A DNA stretch of 64,000 nt from Octopus vulgaris (lineage: Eukaryota), in contig OX597827.1 in the NCBI GenBank assembly GCA_951406725.2, positions 15,190,001 to 15,254,000 on the forward strand, in the 5' to 3' direction. Each line of letters opens with the position of its first letter. Position 1 is the first letter of the stretch. Both the position numbers and the translations under genes were made by a program. Of this stretch, positions 50,748 through 63,149 are shown in pieces. Under the pieces are notes generated by a model that worked only from the letters and a program-made list of their open reading frames with translations, was not told the DNA's origin and did not search any database.

Positions 50748-51225
50748 TGGAGGCGCAATAGCCCAGTGGTTAGGGCAGCGGACTCGCGGTCGTAAGATCG
50801 CGATTTCGATTCCCAGACCGGGCATTGTGAGTGTTTATTGAGCGAAAACACCTAAAGCTCCACGAGGCTCCGGCAGGGGGTGGTGGTGAACCCTGCTGTA
50901 CTCTTTCACCACAACTTTCTCTCACTCTTTCTTCCTGTTTCTGTTGTACCTGTATTTCAAAGGGCCAGCCTTGTCACACTCAGTATCACGCTGAATCTCC
51001 TCGAGAACTACGTTAAGGATACACGTGTCTGTGGAGTGCTCAGCCACTTACACGTTAATAAATGAGCTGCGACGTCAATGGTGCCAAGCTGGTGGCGTGG
51101 AGAGGGGAGGCTATTATCTGTGGGGCGACTGCTGGTCTTCCATAAACAACCTTGCCCAGACTTGTACCTCGGAGGGTAACTTTCTAGGTGCAATTCCATG
51201 GTCATTCATGACCAAAGGAGGTCAC
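50748..51225 (+). mobile_element. SINE family B chimera with a different 3' tail after 51058
   Basis: Matches B to ..cacgttaat, then switches sequence. Confidence 0.75.
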
Positions 51226-51701
51226 AATCACAGTATTAGGAAGATTTAGCTACGACCGTGTTATTACTGCTGTGCTGGCTTGTGTGTAGTGGAATTGTTG
51301 CATAGCTTCTAGTCGTGCAGATCCATCTTCTCAGTTATACCATGACTTAATCTAGTTGAGGACCATATTGCACACTGCACACATGTAGTAATGAATCGCG
51401 TGAGAATCACTGAGACATATGATCTAGGCATATTGCATTCACTCTTCAGGGCAATATATTTCCATATGCTGTAACTTCTGGGGGCATAAAGTAGATTCGG
51501 TGAGAGTGTTCGGAACCAGTGAATGTTGCGGCTGTTTTTGATTTGTGTGTTTTGCTATGTGGGCTGAGAGGAAGAAATAGTGGGTTTTAGGATTTTGCAG
51601 CTGTGCACTGTGTGTGTGTGTGTGTGTTCTTGTTTTCTTATCGTGACGTATCTAGCTGCTATTATAACTATCACAAGAGAACAGAGCCAGTTGTCTTCGT
51701 A

Positions 51702-52048
51702 TACTGCTAGAATGTGTTTATAAAACATCTTTTTCTCTTGGCTTTATTAAGAAAATTCTATTGTTTGTAAGATATTTGTTGTTTTTTTTCTTCAATTTCT
51801 GCAATTTCAACCAATCAATGACGTCTATTGAGGTGAAAACATTCTGTGCCTTATGAAAATGTCCCTCGTATAAGAAACAGATTGGGTTTATTTACATTTG
51901 TGAAGGAAAAAAAATACCCTTCCCCCACCCCTAACCCTAACACTAAAACAGATTGAAATGCAATAGATCGATACTAGGGTCATAATTATGGATGACAATT
52001 TCATATGACACCGCTAGAAAAAACTGCCGGCCAAACCGAAAAGATCCC
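51702..52048. mobile_element. MITE family D, partial
   Basis: One TIR plus internal CCCTAA. Confidence 0.85.
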
Positions 52049-52218
52049 TGCTCTGTAGTAAACTTGAAAATTAATAAATATGAGATAATTACCACTGATC
52101 ATTCAAGCCGTTTAATGTGTTCAGTTCCTCTCAAAATTCTCCTTCTCGTTCACAATCTTGAGTTTCTTCAAAAACAAGGTTGCACGGACTTTTAATTATT
52201 TATAGCAGATTATAATAA

Positions 52219-52624
52219 GGCGGCGAGATGGCAGAAACGTTAGCACGCTGGGCGAAATGCTTATTCGTATTACGTCTGCCTTTACGTTCTGAGTTCAAAT
52301 TCCGCCGTGGTCGACTTTGCCTTTCATCCTTTCGAGGTCGATAAATAAAGTACCAGTTACGCACCGGGGTCGATGTAATCGGCTTAATACCTATGTCTGT
52401 CCTTGTTTGTACCCTCTATGTTTAGCTCCTTGTGGGTAATAAAGAAATAGGTATTTCGCTGCCGCTACGTTCTGAGTTCAAATTCCGCTGATTCCGACTT
52501 TGCCTTTCATCCTTTTGAGGTCGATAAATAAAGTACCAGTTACGCACTGGGGGGGGCGATGTAATCGACTTAATCCCTTTGTTTGTTCCCTCTATGTTTA
52601 GCCCCTTGTGGGCAATAAAGGAAT
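52219..52624 (+). mobile_element. SINE family C dimer
   Basis: TSD tatttatagcagattat. Confidence 0.88.
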
Positions 52625-52805
52625 ATATTTATAGCAGATTATTTGTCTAAACATTTATGGTGTCACGAGGGAGATGAGGTTTGTGCTAAGGCGAGAACGG
52701 CATTCTTTTTTTTAATTTTCTTTTTTTAATCCTTTTTAGAACCTGGTTCAGCACTATGGGTTTATATCAACTTAGATTTTCATCCTTTCAAGGTCGATAA
52801 ATATA

Positions 52806-53038
52806 TGTTTCTTTATTACCCACAAGGGGCTAAACACAGAGGGGACAAACAATAACAGACAAACGGATTAAGTCAATTATATCGACCCCAGTGCGAAACT
52901 GGTACTTATTTAATCGACTCCGAAAAGATGAAAGGCAAAGTCGACCTCGGCGGAATTTGAACTCAGAACGTAACGGCAGACGAAATACGGCAACGCATTT
53001 CGCCCGGCGTGCTAACGATTCTGCCAGCTCGCCGCCTT
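52806..53038 (-). mobile_element. SINE family C monomer inside an older C relic
   Basis: TSD aggtcgataaatata. Confidence 0.88.
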
Positions 53039-53725
53039 TAGGTCGATAAATATAGTAACAGTCAAGTACTAGGATCGTGTTTTCTTTATTTATTTCTGTC
53101 TTTCTCTCTAATTAAAATTGGAGAGACATAGACTTGGCCAGGCGTAAAATCTCCGAGACATGATGTATATCACAACGGCACTCATTCACTTCTATCGAAG
53201 AAGGAACAAATGTATTTACAAGCATTTTAGAAAAAGAGTTGGAAAGCCATCCAGTCTTGATGCAGAATTAACCTTTCCGTAGTTTATTGATTTTTATTAA
53301 TACTTTATTTATAAAAGGTATTTTCAGACCTTGTTACGATAAAACACTCGCGGGCACATTTAGCATTTTGCTATTCACTAGCTTACAAACATTATTACAC
53401 TTCTCTTTACAAATCTTGTGAAAGCCTGAACAAATGAACTATTTCGGTATATCTAAAGCTCTATTTTCGATTCCAACATTGCTAACTATCGAGTATAACT
53501 AAGGTTGTGTTTCAGTTTTTCAATTGTGATTTCTTTGAGCTTTATGATGCAGTTATACCGGTAACACTAAGGAGTTCGTTTCGTAACAGACTTGGTTTTG
53601 GATAAGACCCGACTTACGCGGCGGCGCCTTGGTCAAGTATCATCCATGTTTTTAACCGTTACTGTCTCCAAAAAAGATTTTTCGTTTCATGTTCGTCTCT
53701 GTTGCGTTGCATTCTTTCCTTCTGT

Positions 53726-53787
53726 GGCTGGCTGATTCAGAGCGGATCTCAGAATTAAACAGCCGAAATCTGCGATGAGGGATCAGT
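53726..53787 (+). ncRNA. candidate structured RNA: kink-turn hairpin plus pseudoknot
   Basis: Covaries with 40411-40470 (-); see findings. Confidence 0.55.
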
Positions 53788-54023
53788 TTCTGACTGAAGA
53801 ATGAAGGCTTTGAATGACCCGTTTGTCTTTTTGTTCGTCCCTTCGTGTATTTCATGTTATTTATTTATGTAAAGGTTTATTATCTTTTAACTAGTCTTGG
53901 GCCACAAAAGTGATTAAAATTTAGGAGACAGTGCGTAAGTCCGTTGGTGGACTGTTCCCGTTTTTGGGAGTGATAGACTTAAGCCGTCATCCTGCTTTAC
54001 CCCGCCATCTGGCCCATGGGTAC

Positions 54024-54203
54024 TGTTATGTGTAGTTTGTGTTCTAATGGGATAGACAATTAAATGAAAGCCATTGTTATTGTTTACGTGTTTATTTACT
54101 ATTCATCTTACACGGAGTCGACATTCAGCGTAGTGATACATAATATACTTTACACACAGTTTGTATTGTTCACTAACAAAATAGTGCCAAAAGTGAGGAT
54201 GTA
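54024..54203 (-). mobile_element. LTR-like fragment (same family as 8267)
   Basis: Alignment from the same TGTTATGTGTAG boundary. Confidence 0.6.
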
Positions 54204-54623
54204 TTCTGCATACATAAACACATAGATATGAATGTGTAACAGGTACCTTTAGAGGAGTTCCTTCTGTTGCAAACATTCTGGCAAGATATCCAGTCTGAAG
54301 ATAGCTCCTTCCTTTCCTTCATTTGTTTTGGAGAACATGGAAAATGGTCATGGTATTTTCTCTTCTGACTAACCCCATTAATGGTTTCTGATGCAGAACA
54401 GCAATTTTGAGAAGCTAGTCAATACCACTGAGCCCAGTATTTTGTTGGTACTTTATTTTGTCGATTCCGAAAGAATAAAAGGCAAAGTGGACCTCGGTGG
54501 AATTTGAACCCAGAATGTAAAAAGCCGGGATTAGTACCCTTCCCAAAACAAGGCAATTTTTCAATCGCTGTAACGATTCTGACAGCTCAACGCCTTCGAT
54601 TAACCCATTAATAAAAATCTGTA

Positions 54624-55007
54624 GGAGGCGCAATGGCCCAGTGGTTAGGGCAGCGGACTCGCGGTCGTAGGATCGCGGTTTCGATTCCCAGACCGGACGT
54701 TGTGAGTGTTTATTGAGCGAAAACACCTAAAAGCTCCACGAGGCTCCGGTAGGGGATGGTGGTGATCCCTGCTGTACTCTTTCACCACAACTTTCTCTCA
54801 CTCTTTCTTCCTGTTTCTGTTGTACCTGTATTTCAAAGGGCCGGCCTTGTCACACTCTGTGTCACGCTGAATATCCCCGAGAACTACGTTAAGGGTACAC
54901 GTGTCTGTGGAGTGCTCAGCCACTTACACGTTAATTTCACGAGCAGGCTGTTCCGTTGATTCGGATCAACCGGAACCCTCGTCGTCGTAACCGACGGAGT
55001 GCTTCCA
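54624..55007 (+). mobile_element. SINE family B
   Basis: Full length; TSD aataaaaatct. Confidence 0.92.
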
Positions 55008-55412
55008 TTTTCCATTCCAATAAAAATCTATATCAAGTGTTTGTTGGCTTTTTTGTTTTACCTTAGTTCCCGTTCTCAGCAGGATTTTTTTTCTTTTTCT
55101 TTCTGTGGAGGGTATTATACTTCAAGAACAACTTGGATTGTGGCCAATTCGTTACTCCCCGCTATACAACTCTCTCTTCCATTTTCTTAGGTAATTTGAG
55201 ATTAGGGAAGAGGGAATCTTGTTAAAGTTTCTGTAGGGAACTTGATAGGGAACGATCTTATTAAGAATTACGAAAACAAAATGAAAACCTTCTTACGTAT
55301 GACGAGTGGAATGTGAAAGTAACAAAAAATAGCTTCAGGGCTAAGATGTTCGTCTCACTTTTTGACACAACATCGGTCTCTTAAACATAAACATAAATTC
55401 ACTATCACACAC

Positions 55413-55480
<68 letters not shown>

Positions 55481-55678
55481 TACAGGAGTGGGCAAAGGTA
55501 GATATAAAGTTGCTTAATATGAGTAGAATGTTCTTTTTTTTTTACCTAAGCGATACATAAAGTGACTAAGGAATTTGTGGGAGATGCCTGGTTCATTGGA
55601 ATCCTTTATTTCGATTTCTGGAGAGACTTTGAGTGAATGCTTGAGCAACAAGCAGCCGTATACCTACTTTTGCCCAAT

Positions 55679-55738
<60 letters not shown>

Positions 55739-55883
55739 TGTATGTATGTGTATATATATATGTCTGTATGTATGTGTATATATATGTCTGTATGTATGTG
55801 TATATATATGTCTGTATGTATATATATATATGTCTGTATGTATATATATGTCTGTATGTATATATATGTATGTATGTATATAT

Positions 55884-56086
55884 ATAGTTAATCCAAACAA
55901 GAAAACAAAAAAACAACAACGCAAGGATGTGGAACAAATAAAGTATTATTGGACGCTCAGGAAAGAAGGGAAAAAGGAGGGTTTGACGTTTCGAGCGGAG
56001 CTCTTCGTCGGAAACATAGGAGAAGGAAAGATCCCGAGAAGGGAAGACAGAGAAAAAAAATCGCTAGTGATACAGACGAAGTCACA
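55884..56086 (-). mobile_element. Penelope-like terminal repeat in (TA)n
   Basis: Contains the hammerhead at 55981-56015; same layout as the 11387 family. Confidence 0.7.
55981..56015 (-). ncRNA. minimal hammerhead ribozyme (C4 variant)
   Basis: gttt-CCGACGA-a-gagc(tcc)gctc-GAAA-cg-TC-aaac. Confidence 0.75.
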
Positions 56087-56160
56087 TATATATATATATG
56101 TGTGTATATATATATATGTACGTATATATATGCATATATATATGTATGTATGCATGTATG

Positions 56161-56240
56161 GTATTTACTCGTGTATAAGTCGCACTTGATTTTAAGCATA
56201 AAAAATAACAGGGATGCGACCTCTGCACGAGTAAACACGG
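56161..56240. mobile_element. short Tc1/pogo-type MITE
   Basis: gtatttactcgtgtataagtcgca / tgcgacctctgcacgagtaaacac inverted termini. Confidence 0.55.
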
Positions 56241-57036
56241 TGTGATGGGGTTGTATTTCAAGAGTTAATTTAGATGGAACTATTTCCTTCAAATTCCATT
56301 CACACGACTTCAGTCAAATCGAGTATATCGTAGAAGACACTTACCCAAGGCGTCACGCTGAAGGGTCGAACTGTGTGTCACGTGATCCGAGTCAAAGTTA
56401 GGTTCGGCTTGGCGCTTGTAAACCTCTACTTTCGGTTTCGAATATATTTTGCTAGTACTTTACCTTGACTCATCCAGTTTTGATTCACTATTCTGGAATC
56501 TCACTTCACTTCTGTCATTAATGCCCATAGGAAAGCTAAACTCAACGAAATACTTACTCTCTCTCCTTCTCTCTCTCTCTCTCTCGCTTCTTTTCTTTTT
56601 CTTTTTTTTTTTTATCCGCCAGTAAGATTAATGAAGTTAAATAAACATTGGTGAATGCATCTTAATTCCAAAAAATAAAAGCATCTCATTCTGTTTATCT
56701 CACTTTTCATAAAGCATATTTATACAATCAACCCGTCGAAATTTACGAGTAAAAAATGTTTATTCTGAAAATACAAAATGGGTGTTTTATTTTCTAGAAT
56801 GTGCAAATTCTTGGCACACTGACATGGTTGTCATTTGGTTGTCTTCTTCATATTCTAAGCAAATACAGTATCTATAGCTGAAATTCAAAGAAGATTTCGA
56901 TGGGAATTAACAAACACTACAGCTAACTGTAAGCTAGGTGGGAAAAGGATCGGCTGCCCCAGGCGACGCTTTCATTGGCAGGAGTAGTCGTTTTGAATCT
57001 GCTGTATAACTCTGAATTGGCTGTGAGGGGTCGGCA

Positions 57037-57452
57037 GGCGGCGAGCTGGCAGAAACGTTAGCACGCCGGGCGAAATGCTTAGTGGTGTTTCGTCTGCCGT
57101 TACGTTCTGAGTTCAAATTCCGCCGAGGTCGACTTTGCCTTTCATCCTTTCGGGGTCGATAAATTAAGTACCAGTTACGCACTGGGGTCGATGTAATCGA
57201 CTTAATACCTATGTCTGTCCTTGTTTGTCCTCTCTGTGTTTAGCCCCTTGTGGGTAGTAAAGAAATAGGTATTTCGTCTGCCGTTACGTTCTGAGTTCAA
57301 ATTCCGCCGAGGTCGACTTTGCCTTTCATCCTTTCGGGGTCGATAAATTAAGTACCAGTTACGCACTGGGGTCGATGTAATCGACTTAATCCGTCTGTCT
57401 GTCCTTGTTTGTCCCCTCTGTGTTTAGCCCATTTTAGGGTAATAAAGAAATA
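57037..57452 (+). mobile_element. SINE family C dimer
   Basis: Same dimer junction as the 43079 and 52219 copies. Confidence 0.9.
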
Positions 57453-57754
57453 GGTATGGGACAGGCACTCTAGCTACATAACTGATTGTTAAAAATTGTG
57501 AAGGTGCGTGGCTTAGTTAGGGTTTTGAGCTAACGATCGTTTGGTTGGCATTAGTTCGGTTCTCGAACCGTGCGATACGCTGTGTCTTCATTTCCCTTTG
57601 CTCCACTACACTCAACTGAAAATGCATACCAGTGGCTCCTTGAGTTAACCCTGCGACGGACTGGCGTCCTGTTCAGAGTGAAGGCAATTCTTTACTCTCA
57701 ACCTAAACGCCTTGAAAATCCGGCTAAACTCCAGCCTCATGAGCCTGGGTGGTA

Positions 57755-58797
57755 AGATAGACTTTTAGAATTACTCTCTCTCTCTTTTACTCTTTTACTT
57801 GTTTCAGTCATTTGACTGTGGCCATGCTGGAGCACCGCCTTTAGTCGAGCAGATCTACCCCAGGACTTATTCTTTGTAAGCCCAGTACTTATTAAAGTAC
57901 TAGTACTTATTAAAGTACGATAGACTTTTAGAATTACTCTCTCTTTTACTTGTTTCAGTCATTTGACTGTGACCATGCTGGAGCACCGCCTTTAGTCGAG
58001 CAAATCTACCCCAGGACTTATTCTTTGTAAGCCTAGTACTTATTAAAGTACTAGTACTTATTAAAGTAAGATAGACTTTTAGAATTACTCTCTCTTTTAC
58101 TCTTTTACTTGTTTCAGTCATTTGACTGTGGCCATGCTGGAGCACCGCATTTAGTCGAGCAAATCTACCCCAGGACTTATTCTTTGTAAGCCTAGTACTT
58201 ATTAAAGTACTAGTACTTATTAAAGTAAGATAGACTTTTAGAATTACTCTCTCTTTTACTCTTTTACTTGTTTCAGTCATTTGACTGTGGCCATGCTGGA
58301 GCACCGCCTTTAGTCGAGCAGATCTACCCCAGGACTTATTCTTTGTAAGCCCAGTACTTATTAAAGTACTAGTACTTATTAAAGTACGATAGACTTTTAG
58401 AATTACTCTCTCTTTTACTTGTTTCAGTCATTTGACTGTGGCCATGCTGGAGCACCGCCTTTAGTCGAGCAGATCTACCCCAGGACTTATTCTTTGTAAG
58501 CCCAGTACATATTAAAGTACTAGTACTTATTAAAGTACGATAGACTTTTATAATTACTCTCTCTTTTACTTGTTTCAGTCATTTGACTGTGGCCATGCTG
58601 GAGCACCGCCTTTAGTCGAGCAAATCGACCCCCAGGACTCATTCTTTGTAAGCCTAGTACTTATTCTATCGGTCTCTTTTGCCGGACCGCTAAGTTACTG
58701 GGACGTAAACACACCAGCATCGGTTGTCAAGCGATGTTGGTTGGGGGGGGGCAAATACAGAGGCTATAGTAGAAGACACTTGCCCAAGGTGCCACGC
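57755..58797 (-). repeat. tandem array (6 units of about 150-163 bp) built from a SINE A 3' end plus flank
   Basis: Units start near 57755, 57918, 58068, 58227, 58387 and 58537; the last continues into the SINE body. Confidence 0.9.
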
Positions 58798-58993
58798 AAA
58801 ATCCATCACTCATTGACTAAGGCAACTGCAGCTCCACACTGTACGTATTTTACAAAAGTTATAAACATTTTTTACTCTACCTTCATAGTCCCATCACCAG
58901 GTACAATTTCTAGTCACCATGAGCGAAGGGTTCCCTATTCTTAGCAGTGTCTCTTCTATCACCTTCAAACAGTGCGCCCCACAGCTAAATACC

Positions 58994-59228
58994 TATTTCT
59001 TTACTACCCACAAGGGGCTAAACACAGAGAGGACAAACAAGGACAGACATAGGTATTAAGTCGATTACATCGACCCCAGTGCGTAACTGGTGCTTAATTT
59101 TTATCGACCCTGAAATGATGAAAGGCAAAGTTGACCTCGGTGGAATTTGAACTCAGAACGTAGCGGCAGACGAAATACCGCTAAGCATTTCGCCCGGCGC
59201 GCTAACGATTCTGCCAGCTCGCCGCCTT
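58994..59228 (-). mobile_element. SINE family C monomer
   Basis: TSD gccccacagctaaatacc. Confidence 0.9.
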
Positions 59229-59597
59229 CATTTAGCCCCACAGCTAAATACCTTCGACGAACTCTCTCCCTTTTTTTCCCCACTTTCTCTCTCTCTCTGT
59301 CTCTCTCTCACACACACACACAAACAAACACACACTGACATCCAAGACCAGTCCTTTCTCAAACTCTTTAAATCATCACACCTTTTCTTTTTCTAGCATC
59401 TTTCCATCATGCTACGATTCAACGAACCCATCCACCCAATTCTGTTTTTCTTTATCTACATACACGTAATATCAGGTCAGAATCATTTAATTCTGAGTAT
59501 TAGTTTCAGGGGAGTGACTACATACCACAGTATTACTCTACTATAAGCAAATACTCATAATTATGTAATGTGTGTGTGTGTATGTATATATACATCC

Positions 59598-59776
59598 ATG
59601 ATAGATCGTTAGCCACTACACACATTTTTTTCTCTCCTTGTTTTTTCTGTGTCCCTTTCTGTAGAAGAGCGTAGGCTCGAAACGTAAAAGACTTTTTCTA
59701 TTCCTGAGCGTTATACTAATCTGTTTGTTTTGTACACCACCTGTCTTCGTCTTTTGTTTTTTCGTAAACTCTCCCT
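59598..59776 (+). mobile_element. Penelope-like terminal repeat with variant hammerhead (59655-59690)
   Basis: Copy of 11387-11572. Confidence 0.65.
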
Positions 59777-59789
59777 ATATATATATATG

Positions 59790-59940
59790 AGGTATACTTG
59801 CCATCTCAATATGGCTAACCACTAAGGGTGGGTGTTACTGTAACCCCAGGAGAACATCGTCTCCAGCTGGCTTTAGGCACACTTTCTGTGCCCTTATGGT
59901 ATTTGCAAAGGAAGGTCATCCCTCCCTCGTCAACCTAAGC
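59790..59940 (-). mobile_element. distant relative of the 14.4 kb retrozyme unit
   Basis: gccatctcaatatggc, catcgtctccagctggct and aaggaaggtca parallel 14400-14532; tail-to-tail with 59598 across (TA)n. Confidence 0.5.
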
Positions 59941-60906
59941 AGCTTGTTCTCTTGATCCGATCAACTGGGACTCTCAGCGTCATAATAGATGGAGTGTCAT
60001 TTACGGTGTCGAAATTTTCGTCGTTCGAAACTGCGACTTGGAGCACAAATTTTGTCAGTGACCAAGGCCGCAGTTTCGAGCAACGAAAATTTTGACACCA
60101 TATTACATGCAGTAAATGTTTAGGTGAAGTTAACAGTCTTTGTGTGTTTCTGAATGGCTAACTCGTGCCGTCGACGCTGAAATCGTTTTAGTTTCAACTC
60201 ACGATCACAGATGAAAACACTTTCCATGCCATGCAAGAACATCTCTGTAAATTGTATTGAAAGAAAGAGAAGTGAGGGGAAAATGGTTTATATGATTTTG
60301 AAAAATGTAGCGGTGATGAAAGTGGGGGGGAGATGTGTGATCCCTCGTTTCTTTGTAATGCTTTCATTGCGTTTGTATCATGGCTTCAAGCGTGAATCCC
60401 GAGTAACATTGCACGTTACCGTTCAGGTAGATATCGCTTTCCGACTTTCAGTCCCTCTCCCCCTCCTCATTTGCCTTAGTTCATTGCTCTCTCTCTCTCT
60501 CTCTCTCTCTCCCTCCCTCTCTCTTATACACACACACGCATTCTCAATCACATTGGTACGAACGCAGATTATAGTAGTTTGTTAGCTTGCCTCCAAGACA
60601 GTCGTGATTTAAAAGACCAACGATCAAAGTCATTACAGCCGTGACCATCCTGTCTTTTACCGAAGAGGGATATGTAGGACTGCATTATCTAACGAGTCTT
60701 TCCTTTGGAGTGAAAGCGACAGAAAGAGAGAGAGATTTCTTGTAGATCGAGCTATCATGTAGAAGCTCCCTCCCTCGTCGTTTTTTTCTTTTTCTATTGT
60801 CCAATGTCTTCCTGCTATTTCTAACAGGTTGAGACACCGTGGAGAAACTCCCATAGAGGAAGAACATGTGTATACGTATGTATGTATATATAAATATATA
60901 TATATA

Positions 60907-61217
60907 TCACCGTGATCACCGTGACCGACCAGGCTATCAGATGTTGCTACACATCGCTCGTTACAATGCACTTCGCATTGTTTTAGCCTTCAAATGACGC
61001 CACCCCGCTGGCTAAGCGAGCAAGGTCAACAGAAGAAAGAGTGAGAGAAAGTTGTGGCGAAAGAGCACCGCAGGGATCGCCACCATCCCCTGCCGGAGCC
61101 TCGTGGGGCTTTAGGAGTTTTTGCTCAATAAACACTCACAACGCCCGGTCTGGGAGTCGAAACCGCGATCCTACGACCGCGAGTCCGCTGCCCTAACCAC
61201 TGGGCCATTGCGCCTCT
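60907..61217 (-). mobile_element. SINE B2
   Basis: Copy of 26801-27112. Confidence 0.88.
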
Positions 61218-61652
61218 TCATATGTGTGTGTGTGTGTATGTGTGTGTATTTACAAAATCTGTTAATCTAAATTTCCCAAACGAATTAGCCTGTTTCTAAA
61301 CCAGAAAACAGGATTGCCATTTTTTTCTCTCCTCTTTTCAAATGTGTCCTGGTCAAATGCAGTTAATTTTAATGTGGCCTTCCAACAAGTAATTTCCCAC
61401 CTCTGCTTTCGTGAGTACATTGTAACCAAGAAAGATAACTTCAATAAAATCGGGGTTGTCTCCCTTCGCGTGACGTGACCAAGACACCAACAATGAGTAG
61501 AATTAGTATATTAATTCTCTAAAACAATGGTCGCCAAATATATTTTGTTACAAAAGCTTCATCTGATTTTCCAAAACTCGTGGAATGCATACCAATCTTT
61601 TGTGGCCAATTTTCATTCACTGTAGTTTTGATAAGACCTTAAATGAAGAACA

Positions 61653-61888
61653 TTCTATTGTGTCTGGGGAGAGTCATTTTCTTTTTGTGCCTTATAATTT
61701 AACACACTCACCGATAAAATTTCCACATTTTTCTTATTTTTATTGTCCTAAAATTTTCATTGCAACCTTTTCAAGATGCAACGAAAATTTTAGGACAATA
61801 GAAATAAGAAAAATGTGGAAATTTTACCGGTGAGTGTGTTAAATTATAAGGCACAAAAAGAAAATGACTCTCCCCAGACACAATAGAA
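61653..61888. repeat. near-perfect palindrome (arms of about 110 bp), probably Penelope-like
   Basis: Arms differ at a few positions; the centre reads TTGAAAA-ggttgcaat-GAAA on the minus strand. Confidence 0.85.
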
Positions 61889-61989
61889 AATGCTTCAACA
61901 CACGAACTCATATAAAGAATCTTGCAAACCAAATCCAAAAACGAAATTAAATAAAACGTAAATTGCTTTAGAGAGAGAATTTATATTTA

Positions 61990-62395
61990 TATCGTTTATC
62001 TTTTACCGGTTTCAATCATTAGACTGTGGCCATGCTGGGGCACCTTCTTGAAGAATTTTAGTTGAATGAACCAATCCCAGTACTTCTTCTCTTAAGCCTG
62101 GTACTTATTCTGTAGGTCTGTGTTTGCTAAACTGCTAAGTTACAGGGTTGTAAACACACCAACACCAGTTGGCAAACAGTGGTCGGGGACAAACACAGAC
62201 GCATAAAGATATAGATACATGTGTGTGTGTGTGTGTGTCACAGGCTTCTTTCAGTTTCCATCTGCTAAATCCACTCACAAGGCTTTGGTCAGTCCAAGGC
62301 AAGAGCAGAAGACATTTGCCGAAGGTGCCACGCAGTGGGACTGAACCCGGAACCATGTGGTTAGGAAGCAAACTTCTTACCAAACAGCAATGCCT
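61990..62395 (-). mobile_element. SINE family A (older subfamily)
   Basis: Similarity to the other copies. Confidence 0.8.
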
Positions 62396-62422
62396 AAAAA
62401 GAAAACTTTCATAAACCTTCCA

Positions 62423-62852
62423 GGATCTTTTCAGTTTGAATGGCAGTGTTTTCTAGCGGTGTCATATGAAATTGTCACCCATAATTATGACCCTAGTATC
62501 GATCTATTGCATTTCAATCTGTTTTAGGGTTAAGGTTAGTTAGGGTTAGGGGTGGGGGGAATGGTATCTTTTTTTCTTCACAAATGTAAATAAACTCAAT
62601 CTGTTTCTTAAACGAGGGACATATTCATACGGCACAGAATGTTTTCACCTCAATAGACGTCATTGATTGGTTGAAATTGCAGAAATTGAAGGAAAAAAAC
62701 AACAACAAATATCTTACAAACTATAGAATCTTCTCAATAAAGCCAAGAGAAAAAGATGTTTTCTAAACACATTCTACCAGTATACGAAGTTTAAAAGTGT
62801 TTAGTTACATGGAAATTATTTTTAAAAACTGCCGTTCAAACCGAAAAGATCC
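62423..62852. mobile_element. MITE family D
   Basis: 8-bp TSD accttcca. Confidence 0.92.
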
Positions 62853-63149
62853 ACCTTCCAAAATGATGGGTGCCATATTTTTTTATAAAATAAATTTTTA
62901 TTGAATTATTTTATTAAAAGACACCAGATCTCACAGAACTCTAGAATTTTTCCCAGAACCCTAGTTTGAAAACACTGATCTAGAACAGAAAGTAGGCATG
63001 GATTTATTTAGTATATTTGCATTTTCTCTGTAAAAATTTTTGAGGGGTTTTTTTTTTGTGGGCGGGGTTGTCCCAAATTTAGTATATTTGCATTTTCACC
63101 ATTAAAAGCAGTTTTAGGCTCTTCTAACTCATCAGCTGGATTTCAGTTT

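Noticed and set aside
54624-54700. tRNA-like cloverleaf (also at 50748 and other family B heads)
   Set aside because: SINE head that continues into the SINE body with a TSD; acceptor stem not intact.
57755-58620. CRISPR-like periodicity
   Set aside because: No unique spacers, units derive from a SINE, no cas genes, eukaryotic context.
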